Part shown: piece after piece, positions 26,836 to 42,027 of the stretch
How positions within the stretch are numbered: position 1 is the stretch's first letter
Layout: each line of letters opens with the position of its first letter
DNA from: Vicugna vicugna
Lineage: Eukaryota
NCBI GenBank assembly: GCA_013265495.1
Contig: MU058065.1
Location: 186,001-250,000, forward strand
Direction of reading: 5' to 3'
DNA: 64,000 bases
Made by a program: the position numbers and the translations under genes
Notes under the pieces: generated by a model
What the model saw: the letters and a program-made list of their open reading frames with translations, nothing else
Database searches by the model: none
What the model was told of the DNA's origin: nothing

Positions 26836-27032
26836 CAGCGGTATTGATCAAGAAAAACCTTCTCCAAGGGAGTAAATGTTCGATATTCGCACTGTCCACT
26901 ATGGTAGCCACAAACCACACACGGCTACGAGACTGAGGAACTGAGGTACTGAGGTTTAGCTTCACTTATTTTCAGTTTATTTTAATTCAAGCAGCCACGT
27001 GTGTCTAATGGATTTTACATTGCACAGCACAG
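26836..27032. mobile_element. MER3 (hAT-Charlie) DNA transposon
   Basis: 'cactgtccactatggtagccac...gactgaggaactga...agccacgtgtg...attgcacagcacag'. Confidence 0.8.
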
Positions 27033-27227
27033 TTCTAGAGGGACTGCGGCAGGGATGTACATGAGCCCCTGCCGCACGTGCTCTTTAAAGTCGATGAAGA
27101 CAATGTTTGCTGTACGTATTTCCAGTTTGGGAGATTCCGTTTAACTTCCCCATGAAGCAGCAATGCTGATCATAATAATATACACATTCCTGCAATGTGA
27201 TAAGTCCCTCATTAAAAATCAGAAAGA

Positions 27228-27330
27228 TTGAATCTATGTATGTATATGCATGACTGGGACATTGTGCTGTACACCAGAAATTGACACATTGTAACTGATG
27301 GTACTTCAATAATTAAAAAAAAAAAAAGAC
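27228..27330 (+). mobile_element. Very short L1 3' end with poly(A)
   Basis: 'tatatgcatgactgggacattgtgctgtacaccagaaattgacacattgtaactga..tacttcaataattaaaaaaaa'; same family as 51325-51440. Confidence 0.85.
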
Positions 27331-30042
27331 AGAAAGAAAAAAACAGAAAAGAAATGAAAAGATAAAGGAAATAAACCTGAGATTACAGGGGTTCCTAGAG
27401 AAGGGTTGATGATTTTTTCTCGGGCAAATGTTTTCTGTGATGCAAAGTGGTAACGTCTCAGCAAGGTGGTCGCTCTCCTGCCGTCATTCACTTTTGGATG
27501 CGGGGTTCCTGCACTTTTGTCTTTGTTGGAGAGCTGTCTTACGCCTTTCCAAGCCACCTCTTAGAAAAACAAAACATCGTAACAATAAGATAGAGAAGGG
27601 AAGATGTGCTCAGTGTGGGAAAATGCGTTAACTACGCAGGTTTCAACTTGCTACCAAGTGATTCCACACCTGACTGTAACTCACTTACTTGGAATTTGGA
27701 ACATGCTCTCTTGGAAGGGCTTTTTATAATTCACTCCTTTCAAGGCTAAACTCTAGTAGTCTATTTCCCGATCATGATAAATGGTATATTTAGAATAAGA
27801 ATACTAGAAAATATTTCTGTGGAATACTAGTTGTTAGTGGAAACCCAGATCAAAACTCAGTGATATGAGTTTTTTGATACTAAAGTATGAAATTTGAAAA
27901 ATCGAGTAAGAACAAATTTTTTGTTTTATTTTGAAGAGCTGACTGCTTGAAGAAAAGCAGGTTAAACTCAGAAGTAGTGGGAGACTTCTGGGGACATTCT
28001 GAAGAAGTTTTTGGGGGTATCCTGGACTTACTTTAAAGGGTGTTTGCACTTAGGAACCCCAGTCCTATACTTCAAATATTTTATCTCAAAGTTGATGGCT
28101 TCCCTTTTCTTGTCTGAGGGTATGCTGGTGATGCTGCTCTTAGATTCACGAAGTAGCCAGGAAGAAAGAAAAACTGAGAGGCAAAAAAGAGACTAATGCA
28201 TAATGGACAGAAGTTGAAAGAGAAAAAAGGAAGAAGTCAGGGTTTCGGATGATGGCTGGAGGTGAAATACACAGGCTTGTGAATAGCAATGGTCCCCATT
28301 TATAGACCATTTCCTTCCAGCACTGGGAACTGAATTCGATTACTTATATTAATTCTAGATTCTTTACATTAATCATTTCATGGAATTCTCACAACTATCG
28401 TATGAAGTAGGTTTTTCCCCCCTATGCCTCAGATGGGGAAATGAAAAGTTTAGAGATGAAACCACTGGCTCAAGGGACTCCCTCACCCCCTTCCAGGTCA
28501 AAGTAGACGAGTCTGGATTTAAACGCCAGCCTGCTGAGTGCCAAGCCCCTGCCCTTGTGTTAAAGTGACTGTGGCTGCAATGAGCCCGCTGGAAAACGGG
28601 GAGCCCGGGTGGTCAGGATGTATACAGGCCCTTTGAGGAGGATGAAGGAGGTGTCCAAGAGGGGGTTGGATGAGTTCCTGGTGCTCGTCACCAGGCCCCC
28701 AGGAGAACGTAGGAAATGAGTTACGAGCTGGTGAGGAGTGAGTGCCATGGGATTGATCATGGGGCAACTGACTGGCCGTGGGTATCAGAATTTTCACAAG
28801 TCGGGAGTTCCAAACCCAGGAATGCCTCTGGTGTCTGTGTGAGTGAAAGCTCGCCACCACCCGGGAAGCAGCTGGGACAACTTGCAAATTTGGACGACTG
28901 GACCCATCGCTGGTAACGCGTTGGCTGCTCTGTGGTTTGCCACGCTCACCTTGCTGAGGAATTTCCTTCCGGGAATGTTCTCTCTGATCTCAAAGGGTAA
29001 ACTATGCAAAATGATATATTCACTCAAGCAATTAGCCTTTTTGGAATACCTGCTACACATGGGCAATCCTTCCACATTCCGTAAATCCTGGAGGAACGCC
29101 CACTCTGGCTCCGATGCCCTTCCACGCCAAGTAGTGTGAACACCAGCTCCACGTGTTGGACAATGCCTTCCAAAAGTTAAATTTTAATTTACTTAATCTC
29201 TTTTTTTTTTTAATACAGGCTCCTCTCCCCTCTTTTCTACGAAAATACTGCAGGGCACTTACATGCTACTTAAAGGAAACAAGAGCGCCCGCCTTGCAGT
29301 GTATTTATAATTTCCCCTCAATTTGGGGCTTGACATGGTCGAGGAGAAAACTAAATATAACCAGTGTTTGTCTTTTCCCTCCTAAGCCTGTTGGGCTTTG
29401 AAAAGGAGGGTCGAGATCGCAAGCTTTGTGAAAAAGGTTCCCAGTGTTAATGAGCAGCTGTATGTATCTCAGGGAAACAGTTTGTAACTAAAAATAGCCT
29501 CTCTAACTATACCAGCTCGGAGCGTTTAATACCCAGTTTCTCTCCAGGCAAAAATAAATCCCCAAAGGGTGGATGATTAAGGAGGGGTGGAGTGCCAGTG
29601 CTGGAGGGGTCTGCAGAACTGTGACCCCAAATCCAGGGTTGCATTAATCCTCTCAATCAAATATACTTACTGCATTCACACGAGATTTTCCGAGTCTCAA
29701 ACACAATTAGAAATCAGTTTGTAACAATGAAGCTAAAAAGGAAAAACAGTGCACATAAGCTATTTTTAGCACATTAAGCCAAATTGTTTACAAAAAAGAA
29801 AAAGAGGGAGATGGTAAGTATAAAGTAAGGAAACATAAATACTAAAGGGAAAAGGTAATATCAACTTCTTGGTATGTAGCCAGTTTACTGAAGATGTGAG
29901 ATTTATCCAGAACATTGAAGACATTCGTTTTAGAATGGCCATCTCTGTATTTTATTAATATTTGTTCAATTTCGGTATCTGGAAACCTGCTTTCTAAGAT
30001 GAATGAGAACTTTTTAGATTTTTCTTGTTGTGTTAACTAGTA

Positions 30043-30449
30043 CTACGGACTGAATGATCCTCCCGCCACCACAAGTCTCCCCACCAACCCCCAAGTTCAT
30101 ATGTTGAAGCCTTAATCTTAAAAGTGGGGCATCTGGGGGTGGGGTCTTTCAGAATTAGAGTTAGATGAGGTCATGAGGGTGGGGGGCTCACGATGGCGTT
30201 AGTGCCCTTATAAGAAGAGGAAGAGACCCTAGAGTTCTCTTGTGAGCACTCTCTCTCCGTCGCGTGAGGACAGAAGAAGGCAGCTATCTGCAAGCCTGGA
30301 AGAGGTTCCCTCAGCAAGACCTCTTGACTCAGCTGGCACCTTGATCTTGGACTTTCCAGCCTCTAGAACTGTGTCTCCAGAAATAGATGTCTGCTGTTTA
30401 AGCACCCAGTCTAAAGCATTTTGTTATAGCAGCCAAGCAGACTAATACA
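30043..30449 (+). mobile_element. MLT1B-like LTR
   Basis: 'ctacggactgaatg...ttcatatgttgaagcc...tagtgcccttataagaagagg...ttttgttatagcagccaagcagactaataca'. Confidence 0.9.
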
Positions 30450-33400
30450 ACCAACATTGTCACTGTTGTGTTGAAAAGATAAGTTGCATGGTCATTGTTG
30501 GTTGTTCGGTAATCCAGGAATGACCGATTAAGCATTTTTTCCCCTCTCCATTTATTTCTTTCCCTGCCTCCTAGAAGACTGAAATCTTCTGGAAATGTTA
30601 ACAGGTAAAAAGATCTCCCAATACATGTTCTGATCCTCACTGGCCTTCACTTGATAAAATGTTTACGGTGTTTCCACAATGTGCAGGTTTTAATTTTTAA
30701 CTAAAAGGCAAGACCTGAAGAGCTGAGCATTTCTGTGTCTGTGGAAGGTTAATATTAAAAAGAGGAAGAGTGAGGCTGCCGGGGTTTAAACTACGTAAGG
30801 TCGGTCCCGCTTTGTTTGGAAATAGTAATTGTTATGATCTTGGCAATGGAGGATGACCTGGTTCCCTGTACACAGGTAAATACATCAGGGAAGTAAAATT
30901 TCCCACACTGGAGAATCTTGAATGTGGTAATGTTTATGTATAACGTGTTTGGTGACTGCCATCTTTGTAGCAACAGATTAACTTGAGAAATGAAAACACA
31001 ACAAAAATAGGAAAAGAACAGAATCATTCTTCTAAACCCTTCACGCACATTGCCTCATTTTTCACTGTATTTTGGGGTCAATTTATAGAGGTAGGTGTAA
31101 TATCACCCTGTACTGATGGAGAAACTCAGTCAGAAAAGTTCAAGTGAGGGGATAATTTATTCCTTTCTGTTAGATGCTTCCTTAGAAAATTTAAAATAAT
31201 AGCTTTCCATTTCTACAGGACTTAGACCAACCATTCTTAAATTCTGTGGATGCATTTTTTTTTTTTAGCAGTGATGAGGGGTCCAGAGCTGAGAAAGAAA
31301 TTTCACATTTCCATGTGCTACACACTCCCTGGATATACTTAGATTTTATTGAAATACTGGAATGGGAGGAGGGGGGAGGGAAGAATTATCAACAATACTT
31401 TTTTATAAATCACAAGAATTAAGAGCCTGTGGCAGAGATAAAATGGGTCTTCGGCTACGTTTTATTCCCGGGGCAGACACCCACAGCTCACTCTCCCACA
31501 AAAGAAAGGGTATGTAGAGTTGTTATTGTTACAGGAATAACTTGGAATCGGCTCTTATTAAAGAAGTCAGTAATTTTCCAAAGTCAGCGATGAATTATGT
31601 CCAGCACATCTTGTACCCAATATACATGGTGTCCTGACCCTACTGTTGAGAATCCTTGGTGTTGTCTATAAGTCCATGGGAACAAAGGGGTTAAATTCTA
31701 AAGCCTTGAGCATGGGCTCCCGGGAGCATGTATAGTGAGCCTGCCAGGGTCACTCCAGACTTCCACGTGTCTGGGAAACCTCTTTCAGCTTGGATCCAAT
31801 CTGTAAGTTGCTTTAACACCCTTCCCAAACGCTGCCGTCCCTTAGAGGAGGCTGGGCAGAGCCTTCGGGGTGAGATCACTCAAGATGCGGAATGAAAACA
31901 GAGGGCTTCTCCAGCAAACCCAACCACCAAGCCCCATCAAACAGGTGCCAGCATTTCAGAGGGTATCAAATGAGAGCAACTGCAGGAGGGCTCTGGTTAA
32001 TAAAGACGGGACACCTGACATTGCCACTTAAAAGCAATTGCAGGCTGAGAACCATTTGCCGCTGATATGAAATGCCTTGCTACAGAGAGATACCCCTAGA
32101 ACTCCCAGCGTGGGGTCTTCAAGTGACAGAATTGGGACTGGCTGGCCAGGTAGGGGCGCCTCAGCCCTGCCTGGCCAAGAGTTTTCACGAGTTCCTTAGT
32201 GAGAAAGGCTTAGAAGTGAACACCAGAAGTTTAGAGAACAGAGTCTGTAGCTTGTTTTCTGGGTGTGGTGGTGGTGGCTGTGGTCCTGCTGGTGCGTGTG
32301 TACAAGCTTATATTAATTACTTAGTAATCTCTCTCTCTAGTCTTTCATTTCACAGTGTGGGTTTCATCACTTTCAATGGACTTTTTATAAAGCTTTGAGT
32401 TAAAGAGTCTATTCAGATTTTTTTTATAGACATACCTGTTCCAGGAGGAATCAGCTAAGTTCTTAAGAGATTCAGATCTCAGCAGGCCAACCAAGGAGAG
32501 ATCTTTCCAGAGTGTGCCTGGACGAGGCTTGGCGCTGCCTGGGCGTGCTCCACGCTAGGCTAGGACGACAGCTCGCTTGCTCCTGGTCACCTACTCACAG
32601 CCTATATTTGGCAGAGATAAGGAAGGAAACTCATTTACATATTCTTTTTTTTTAAACTCAAAGTGGCTATGTAAATGATGTAGATGTCTTTAGATGTCAT
32701 TAGATATCATGATACAATTTGAATGATTTGGAATTGGATGTCATGGTATGATTGAAAAAGGGCCAAAACTTAAACCTTAGGAGCAAATATTTGGGCTGTT
32801 ACTTAAATTAAAAAAAGAAAAGAAAAGAAAAGAAAGAACCCCCCCCCCAAAGAGGCTGGTACAAGACCAACCAAATACAGGTGAAGACTTTAAGTCAGCA
32901 TTAAATCATCAGGTTTTTTTTCCCGTCTCTCTTAATTTCAGTTTCCCTGTTGGACAATGAGAAATTACGGTGACAGGAAGGAAGCAGGGACCCTGTTTGG
33001 TTGTAGAGCTGAGTCTGACTCCACCAAGACCTGTACAACGAAGTGAGACAGAAATTCTGAGTTTGGTGGGAAAGAACTCTTCTTATGTAAACATGCAGTT
33101 CAAATAAAAGATGTGTCTGGAGCAAGAATATCTAAATCCATTTTTTATCAGTTAGAGGTGAAGCATCCCTCTTTGTTGGTACCTGGCATTTCTCAGGAAG
33201 AACTTGCCCTTGTACCTGTGCTGGGAACAGAGCGAGAACAGAATCCTGGGGCCAGGATGCTGTGTAGCTGCAGAGTCACTCACAATTAAGGAGATGACCT
33301 TGATGATCCTAAAAGGCATGGAATCTCATAATACCTCAAAATATTTCTGGAGCAAAGCAGAGCATAAATACATAAACCAAAAATATACACTTAACACTTT

Positions 33401-36189
33401 TGCACAGTTAAAGCAATTTGTGATCCCAAAAAGACAGGATACAAGATTTAAAAAAAAAATCTCCAACCTACCAGTCTAGTAGAAGAGACTTCTATTACAC
33501 AGCCTTGATTTTTGAGGGCTTTGGTGGAGGAGACATCAGACTTGGAGAAACAAGATTATTCTGTCATTTATGGTTTATTAACATCTCTTAGGGTGGGGGC
33601 TCCATTTTTATTGCCTCACATTTTTACATGGAGGGACCTCCACTGGAACAGAAGTTCTTATATTTTGGGGGGGATCTGAATGTCATTTTATGACCTTGCA
33701 TGTATGCCCACCAGCTAAGGACAGGCTCCTGGGGTGTGAAGTTCCTGTCTGTGCATGAAGAAACAGACTGAACAAGCGGATGGAGTTTTAGTATTGCTTC
33801 CTGGCACCGTGTAAGTCATCTTATGAATACAACCAATCTGACACCTGAGCGAACTTGGAAGAGCAGACCACGAAAGTAATCATCTCGGCTTTTCAGAACC
33901 TCTAGGGCCATCCCACGTGATTTTTCCACCTCTCTGTGTTTGGTAGTCTTTCCCTTCCTGAAGTATCTTTCCCTTCCGCCAGCCACTGTTGACAGGTGCA
34001 ACTCAGTCCAAATGCCACTTGCTGCTCAAAGCCTCACAAGGCAGATTCTACAACCTGATGGTTCCAGGATCACATCAAGACTGCACACAGGCTGCCTTCA
34101 CTAGGGGACACGCAGCTCAGAACTTCCTTCTTCAAAAGACAGCAACTGGAGGAGGAAGAGGACTGATGGAGATAAACACGGGTTGAGCTTCTGCTACGTA
34201 TCAAATACTTGTGAGAACTCTGGTTTGATCATTCATGGGGCAAATACTTATGTACCAGGGCATGTTCTAGGCACTGCAGATAGAATGACTAAGCAGGACA
34301 CAGTCTCTGCCCTCAGAGACACTGTTCCTAAGTTACCCTTTAAATCTAGATCTTTCTCTCCATTCATGAAGGAGGCACGACTTTTTGTGACGCTGTTTGC
34401 TAACCTCTTTTCGTAAGGTCACGTGAAAACACAAATACACATGGAATGAGAACTAGATATATTTGCTTCCCTGTAAAAATCCCCTCCTTCTCCAAGTGAA
34501 GAATTGTGATCACTACTCTTCCATCTAGACCTTGACGTACTCTAGTATAAAATAGGAACAAGCCGAACTCAAAGAGCCCAGCGTATAGGAGCCTCTTTCC
34601 CCCTGAGACTGAAGCCCAGCGGACTTCTCCCACGGCTCTGTGGATTTTGTAACTCCCACGATAACAGCAAGCGTTTGTCACCGGGCTACAAAGGCGGTGC
34701 ATATGCAAGCCAGGCCACCTGCGAGGCGAAGCCTGCTTAATTTACCAGCCAGCATGTGTAGATATGGAGGGTCCAGACTGAACTCAGCAGCGAGCTCACG
34801 CTCAGATAAGCAAGGTCAGGCGTCCCCGGGGCCGAGGCAATTACGGAAAAGGCAGCTCATTGCAGCCCCACAAATAGGCTGCCATTTGCTTCTTGCTTTC
34901 TTTTGGGCTCGGGGCCAATGCTTTTCAGGGAGAATTATATTGTAGTATTCATTTGCCCAAAATAAAGAGCCCGCACTGATTTTTTTCTGTAAATACAACG
35001 AATAGTTTTATTAATGCAAAATCTTTTCAACTTTACAATTCTGGGGCCTCATTTTTCACTTTCAAGTGCGCTTTAAAAAATTGTTTGCACTTGGCTCATT
35101 TTGGCAACCATTTGGTGAAGTCTATTTCTTATGTGTGATTCACTGTTGCAGATACGTAAGCATTTCTTAGTTTAATGAGAGCAATGTAACTGCTATATTT
35201 TACCAGGTGAAGAGACTGTAGATGAAATGGACTGTACGTCTTTGTGTCTAAACTACTTTTGATTAGTGAAGTTCTCAGAGATGCTAATGTGAAGTTAGTC
35301 TTTGGATGAGGATTTTTACCAAGAGTTATGCCTATTAAATGCACTAATTTCTAATTAGCAAAATGACTCTCAAATAAACAATCTAGCTAGGTGTCTAAGG
35401 AGCAATGTCTTTAATTGCCCTGTGATAAACAACAAGGGAAACCCACAGCTGGATAACAGATAGCAGTAAAATCTGTCAATAAAACCCATATTGCTACGCC
35501 TCCCCAGCTCTGCTCACTTGTTGGAGGGCTGATAGCAAAATTTTAATGGAGAATTGTTTGAAGGACGTTTAGGCACACTAGAACACGTCTCGACTTGGAG
35601 GGTATGATTTGGTGAGTGTTTTCTCCTTTCAAGCTAATCATAAAGCACATACAAAAATACTTAGGTAAAAAGTTACCTCCTTTGAAGATGTATGTGTCTA
35701 AAAGGAGAACCCAGACAGGATTATCGGAGCTCAGATCAAACGCTAATCGTGCCTGTTTCTCATGTATGAACACCGCGCTCTAGCCCAGCGTGATTACCAT
35801 CTAATTAGGCTGAACTTCGCTTGAGGTTACTTTCATCATGGTGGTATTCTTGGTCTGCTTTATGATATTTATTATTAAACAGTTTGTTATATTAAATTTA
35901 CTGAACTCTTAATCTATTAGGAGATTTTAAAATATCACTCTGATGTGCTGGGAAGGGAATTGCCACGGCTTTATGTTCAAGGTGGGAGACTGAACATATT
36001 TAAATGACCTTTCAGGAAGTCACGGAGTGAAGGTTAAGATTCAGAGAGTAGGTAAGATTGTGGTAACTGTGGCCTCCAGTTGCCCTGCCTGCTGTTCCAG
36101 TGTCCTTCTGATAACAGCCCTTTGTTTTCCTGTGGGTGCTAACCCTGCCATTCCACGTGAACTTGGCGGGGCTGGCGGTCACAGTGGCC

Positions 36190-36616
36190 TGTCCTCTCCT
36201 GACCACAGGAGCCAGGCGCATGACTCAGAGTAACCCTTTGGCATGGCTACAGGGATTGGTTCGGAGACTGGCACATGGACCAGATTGAGCCAATCACTGA
36301 CGGCCTCCTCTAAAATGTTTCACGTGGAGTTAACCATTTTCTGCTGGAGTCGCTAAACTGAGAGGATGTGGCTGATGGCCGGAGGTCATCTTGGAGAGAC
36401 ACAGGTTGAAGGGTGAAGCCCAGCTAGACCAAAAGAGATGAGGCATGGAGAAATGGAGTCCTGGAGACATCATTTAGTCCTGACATTAGCTGTGCCTGAA
36501 ATCAGTGATAATTCTAGATCTTCCGGAAATATGAGATTGCCCCCCCCTTTTTTTTGCAAGAGCTAGTTTGAGTTGAGTTTTTATCATTCGAAACTCAAAG
36601 CATCATGATTAATACA
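36190..36616 (+). mobile_element. Old MLT1 (J/K-like) LTR
   Basis: 'gattggttc..gg.cacatg..ccagattgagccaatca' ... 'ctagtttgagttgagtttt...catgattaataca'. Confidence 0.6.
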
Positions 36617-39600
36617 GAAGTTTACCTGTGTGTTAACAACATCCAAAGCAGACTCACCTTGATTACAAAGCTGAAGTATAATCACCAACAAATCCCACCC
36701 AAACTGGGATCTCTTCTATGAAGTGGAAGATACATTTTGGAAGATAGTCACGCCAAATGCAACAAAAGATACTGATGAGTGTTATTAGAGAGCTCCGGAA
36801 ACCATTTCACACTACGTTGCCACGTAATTTCTGCTTCAGTTAAACACTATTTTTATCCAGAGGATCCTCTTCATGCAATCATCCACCTAGCTTGTTGAAT
36901 TACACATACAAGGTAATAAGGGAGAAAAAAAGCTGCACACTAAAAGCAAAAGAGCACCCTCCTTTCTCACTTGGTTATAAACACCATCTCCAAATTGGCC
37001 GAGTCTTGTCTCAGCGGCTCCTCTGAGGATGTGTTACTACTGCTAGGCTTGCCCCCAAAGACCCCACCCACGTCCAGCTCTTTCTGATTTAATTCCCAAA
37101 TTTTCGGATCCCACTGGCGGACCCCCAGCCCTCTAGGCTTGATTCACATCTTCGCCTTGTCTGCATTTTGCCATTTCTCAGCTTTGATTTATTCTCTGTT
37201 CTCCTTGTCTCCACCCCCAAACTGTTGTCCCTTCTGGGCTGTGCCTGGTTAACAACAATTCTTTAGGTAAAACTCCTCCTGGACTGACCTGCCCTCTGGG
37301 ATGCTTCCTGCCCCCACGCCGACTTTGCGAAGTTGCCTTGCCTCCCAAATCCGGTCTGTCATTTCTAGGATATGACTTTAGACTCATTAAGGGATCCTGT
37401 CCCAGTCAGGCATCTGAAATCTCAAATTTCAGAGATTCGTTGCCTCGTCTCGTTTCCTCCTCTGATGAAATGCCGGGATCTCTGGGAGAAGTGACGCAAG
37501 AAGTTTCAGCAATGATGTCTCCCTTGGGGCATGCTGAGTGTTGTCTCCATTCCACTGCCTCCCTGTGCAGCAGCAACTTAGCCCAGCTCCAGGGAGGGAG
37601 GGCAGCTGATTCATCTCAACCAGTCATGGTGGTCTTATCAGCAATTGGCTCAGGAGCTCAGAGCACAGCATTCCTTGTTTGACAGCTCAGGGATCAATGA
37701 CGTATGTCTGTCCAAACAGATGGAAAGCAACGCTTTGGTTCAGTGGCTCTTCCTCCCTCCCCCATTCCCATTCACTTGTCCCTCTGTGGACATGAACACA
37801 GAAGCACAGGGCCCAAATGGATTCACGGAGCCATCCTATAACCACAGGGAGGACAACCTTAGGATGCAGCTGACATCATGTTCAGCAGAACGGAGAGACA
37901 GAAAGAACCTGAGTGTTTCATGACACTGTCCAGTCACTGGATCGTCCAACCCTTATCAAGACTTCCAGATAAGTGAGTCATAATTCTATGTTAGAACCCT
38001 TAGATTTTAAAAAGGCTCATGTAACTAATACAATTGATTTGTTCGTGTTCTTTTCTGGGATCCGGTTTTGAGGCCAGGAGAATAAATTGAGCAGGAAAGG
38101 AGGTAAAAGGAAGACATTTCCCAGAAGGGGACTGGACAGGCTGGAACACGGAGAAAGAGAGGGCAGAACACCAGGAAAGAACCTCTCCAGACTTACAATG
38201 TGCTGGGAGGTGCACTCTATCCAAGTAGCCTCGAGGCATGATTATTTTTTCTATTAATCAAGGATAAAGGCTCCTTTTTCTTTCACCTTCCTTGAAGTCC
38301 TTTAAATCATGCTGCACTGAAGGAGAGACCTGCCCAGTGTTTCCAGGCAAAGATCATAAGGTCAGGCCACAAGTCCAGCAAACACCAGAAAGACCTAACA
38401 TTCACATTTATAAACCACATTCTTCTTTGCAGAGGGCTGCCACTGATTAATTTCATTAGAGTCTGAGAATATTTTCTGGGAGTAAATTTTTATCATCTAC
38501 ATTGTACAGATGAGGCATCTAAGACTTGGGGAGATGAACTGTATGGTGCAGGACCACCTGGCTGGTGAGTGGGATTCCGGGACTACAGGCTGGAGCTCTG
38601 CCTGGGGGACTTCAGGGCTTCAACCTCCCCACACTGCTTCCCGGCCACTCCACGGAGCCTCTCCCTCTCCGCTCCTTGGCAGGCAGCCTCTTCCTCTGAA
38701 CTCAGACTCAGCTTTCCTTGTTGGCATCTCGTTAGGGAGGCAGCCCTAGGGCTTTCCTTATCAGCTTGTGGTTGCTGGAGTTCTCTTACCATGAAAAGGG
38801 CTTTATTTCTTGGCATCTAATCTGCTTCCTTATCCACTCCCTCTTCTCCATTACTTCACGGGGCTTCCTGTTGGTTTTGAGTTAGGAACACCCTGGGTCG
38901 ACAACTGGAGTCAATTTCTGCATTGGATTCAAGGGGAATTCAACTGAATGAAGGCTACAGAACGGTGAACTTAGTGGATCATTACATCTTAAGTAATTCC
39001 CAGGAAATGCGATGAAACAATAGGAAAGCGATCCTCAGTATGAGCTGAGAGGGAAAAAGCACTTTGGTTCTTAATAACACCCGTGAGATGATGGAGGTCT
39101 CACCATAAATATGGAAGAAAGACAAAAAATGAAGAGGAGTGAAAAAGCAGGCGAGAGGAAGGAAAATAAACAAATAAACATAAATGTAGACAAGTACTGA
39201 GAGTCAGGGTGCACATATATATATGAGATAATTTCCTAACGTCTGAAATTTTTCTCTCGTTTTTGAGTTAAATTAGGCATTGCTTGGTAAGCACAATTAG
39301 CCATTCCACAGAGGCTCTCGAGGGCCACGGGGTGCATTAAATCAGTAATTTGTGTGATGGGCTAATGGAGTTAGCAGCGGACAAAATGGTAGCTGTAATC
39401 AATAGCCTACTGACTCGTAAACCGGTTGATTTGGCCCCCAAACACCTATTACATTTATTGGTTAATCACACGTACAGAAATAGACAAATTACCAAGCGGT
39501 GTTGATCATTGCCTAGAGTTGTTTCCTCTTCTTTCTCCCGCTAAGCCCTTACAAATTAAAATGGGAAGTAAAGGTTAGGAAGTAATAGGTCAAATTTTGG

Positions 39601-42027
39601 GTCAAGAGAACTTTCAGTCATATTGTCCTAGACCTCCAGCCCCTCTCTGTGGCTTGTGATGTCTTTGAATCCCCTGATGTGGGAGATTTGGGTGCTGGGA
39701 TGTCTACACTCGAGAAAAATGATAGGATGAGTTGTATACATAATTACACTTCGGCTTTTATAACCAGGCAGCCACCAATTTATTTAAAGCACTGATGAAT
39801 CAGAGGGACTCCGAAAAGGAACATTTGACTCATCCTTATCTTGACTTTGAGGACGACAATAATCCTTGGAATCAAGGAACATGGAAATAAAACATGAAAT
39901 GGTGGATTCATCTGATTAAGCTTCATAGATAGAAATGTGAGATTGATTGAGAATAATTAAAAGTTGGATTTGGCACAATTCTTAATTGTCCACATGCAGA
40001 AGGTAACGTAAGGAAAGATTTTTTGAGGTGCCAGATGAAAGAGTTATAGTGTAGAGAAGTGTGGGAAAGCATTTGCAAGGTTTATCCATGTAACATTTTT
40101 AAAGTTGTCCTACCAGGGTATTTGTGTTGTAAAAAAAATGTTCGAGAACAGACACCTTGCCCTGCTCACCCTAGGCGGGGTTGCTTCGTCCTGACAGATG
40201 GGAACTTGGTAACTGGAGAGACGACCTCAGTTGTGCCTTCATTCTGAATTCGCATTCACTTAATGAAAGATTTTTAATGCTTCAGTCTGCGTTTTCTTCT
40301 TCTGGACGTCACAGTTCTTACCTCACTGCCTTGGTATGCATTTACATAGCATAGCTCAGTTGTCCAAGGTTTAAAAAAATTTTTTTTCCCCGCTTATTAA
40401 CTTTCTATCCAATCCGAAGTGAGACTGAGAAGAGGGATGTGGGCTGGGTAATACCAGTGAGTCATGATTAGGTCAAGGAACATGAGAATGCCGCGCTGCA
40501 GCTTCAGGCTACTCACAGATTTTCTCTCTGAAGGTTTCCGATCTGTGTGTGTTTGGCAATGACAAGAGACAGAGGGAGGTCATCCTTCCAGCTCCTATTT
40601 CAGCCAGAATATGGGGGACAGAAGCCGCAGCAAGTAGTCCCTGTTATCCAGTACACAGTAGAAACGCCTTATATCCGCGATCTCATTTAAGCCTTGCGGT
40701 AACCTGGGAGAAAACCAGTGTTATTGCATCGGACAGATGAGGAGGAGGAGGTGCAGAAGTGCTAGGGAATAAGCCTGAAACTGCACGGCTGGTGAATGAC
40801 AATGGCAAGGCTGTGAGCCCAGACTGGCCCCTGCTGGAGCCAGTGCCTTTGCTAGTGACTCCGCTGCTTTTTGAAAAGCAAGGTTTTGAGAAGGTAGGGG
40901 ATGAAACGGGGGCCACTGGTTGCACAAGTCTGTCTATATATGTGCCAGTCTCTTTCATTTTCTTTTTTTGGAAAACTTTTATTTTTTATATTTATTTATT
41001 TATTTTACATTTTTTATTGAGTTATAGTCATTTTACAACATTGTGTCAAATTCCAGAGTAGAGCACAAATTTTGTTATACATGAACATACATATATTCAT
41101 TGTCACATTGCTTTTTTTTTTTGCTGTGAACTACCACAAGATCTTGTATGTATTTCCCTGTGCTATACAGTATAATCTTACTTATCTATTCTACATATGC
41201 CTGTCAGTATCTACAGATTTTGAACTCCCAGTCTGTCCCTTCTCACCCTCTGCCCCTTTGGTAACCACAAGTTTGTATTCTATGTCTATGAGTCTGTTTC
41301 TGTTTCATATTTATGGTTTTTTGTGTTTTTTTTTAGATTACACATATGAGCGATCTCATATGGTATTTTTCTTTCTCTTTCTGGCTTTCTTCACTTAGAA
41401 TGACATTCTCCAGGAGCATCCATGTTGCTGCAAATGGCATTATGTTGTCGATTTTTATGGTTGAATAGTATTCCATCATATAAATATACCACCTCTTCTA
41501 TATCCAGTCATCTGTTGATGGACATTTAAGCTGTTTCCATGTCTTGGCTATTGCCAATAGTGCTGCTACAAACATTGGGGTGCAGGTGTCATTTTGAAGT
41601 AGGGTTCCTTCTGGATATATGCCCAGGAGTGGGATTCCTGGGTCATATGGTAAGTCTATTCCTAGTCTTTAGAGGAATCTCCATACTGTTTTCCACAGTG
41701 GCTGCACCAAACTGCATTGCCACCAGCAGTGTAGGAGGGTTCCCTTTTCTCCACAGCCTCTCCAGCATTTATCATTTGTGGACTTTTGAATGATGGCCAT
41801 TCTGACTGGTGTGAGGTGTTACCTCATTGCAGTTTTGATTTGCATTTCTCTGATAATTAGTGATATTGAACATTTTTTCATGTGCCTATTGATCATTTGT
41901 ATTTCTTCCTTGGAGAATTGCTTGTTTAGGTCTTCTGCCCATTTTTGGATTGGGTTGTTTGTTTTTTTCTTATTAAGTCATATGAGCTGCTTATATATTC
42001 TGGAGATCAAGCCTTTGTCGGTTTCAT

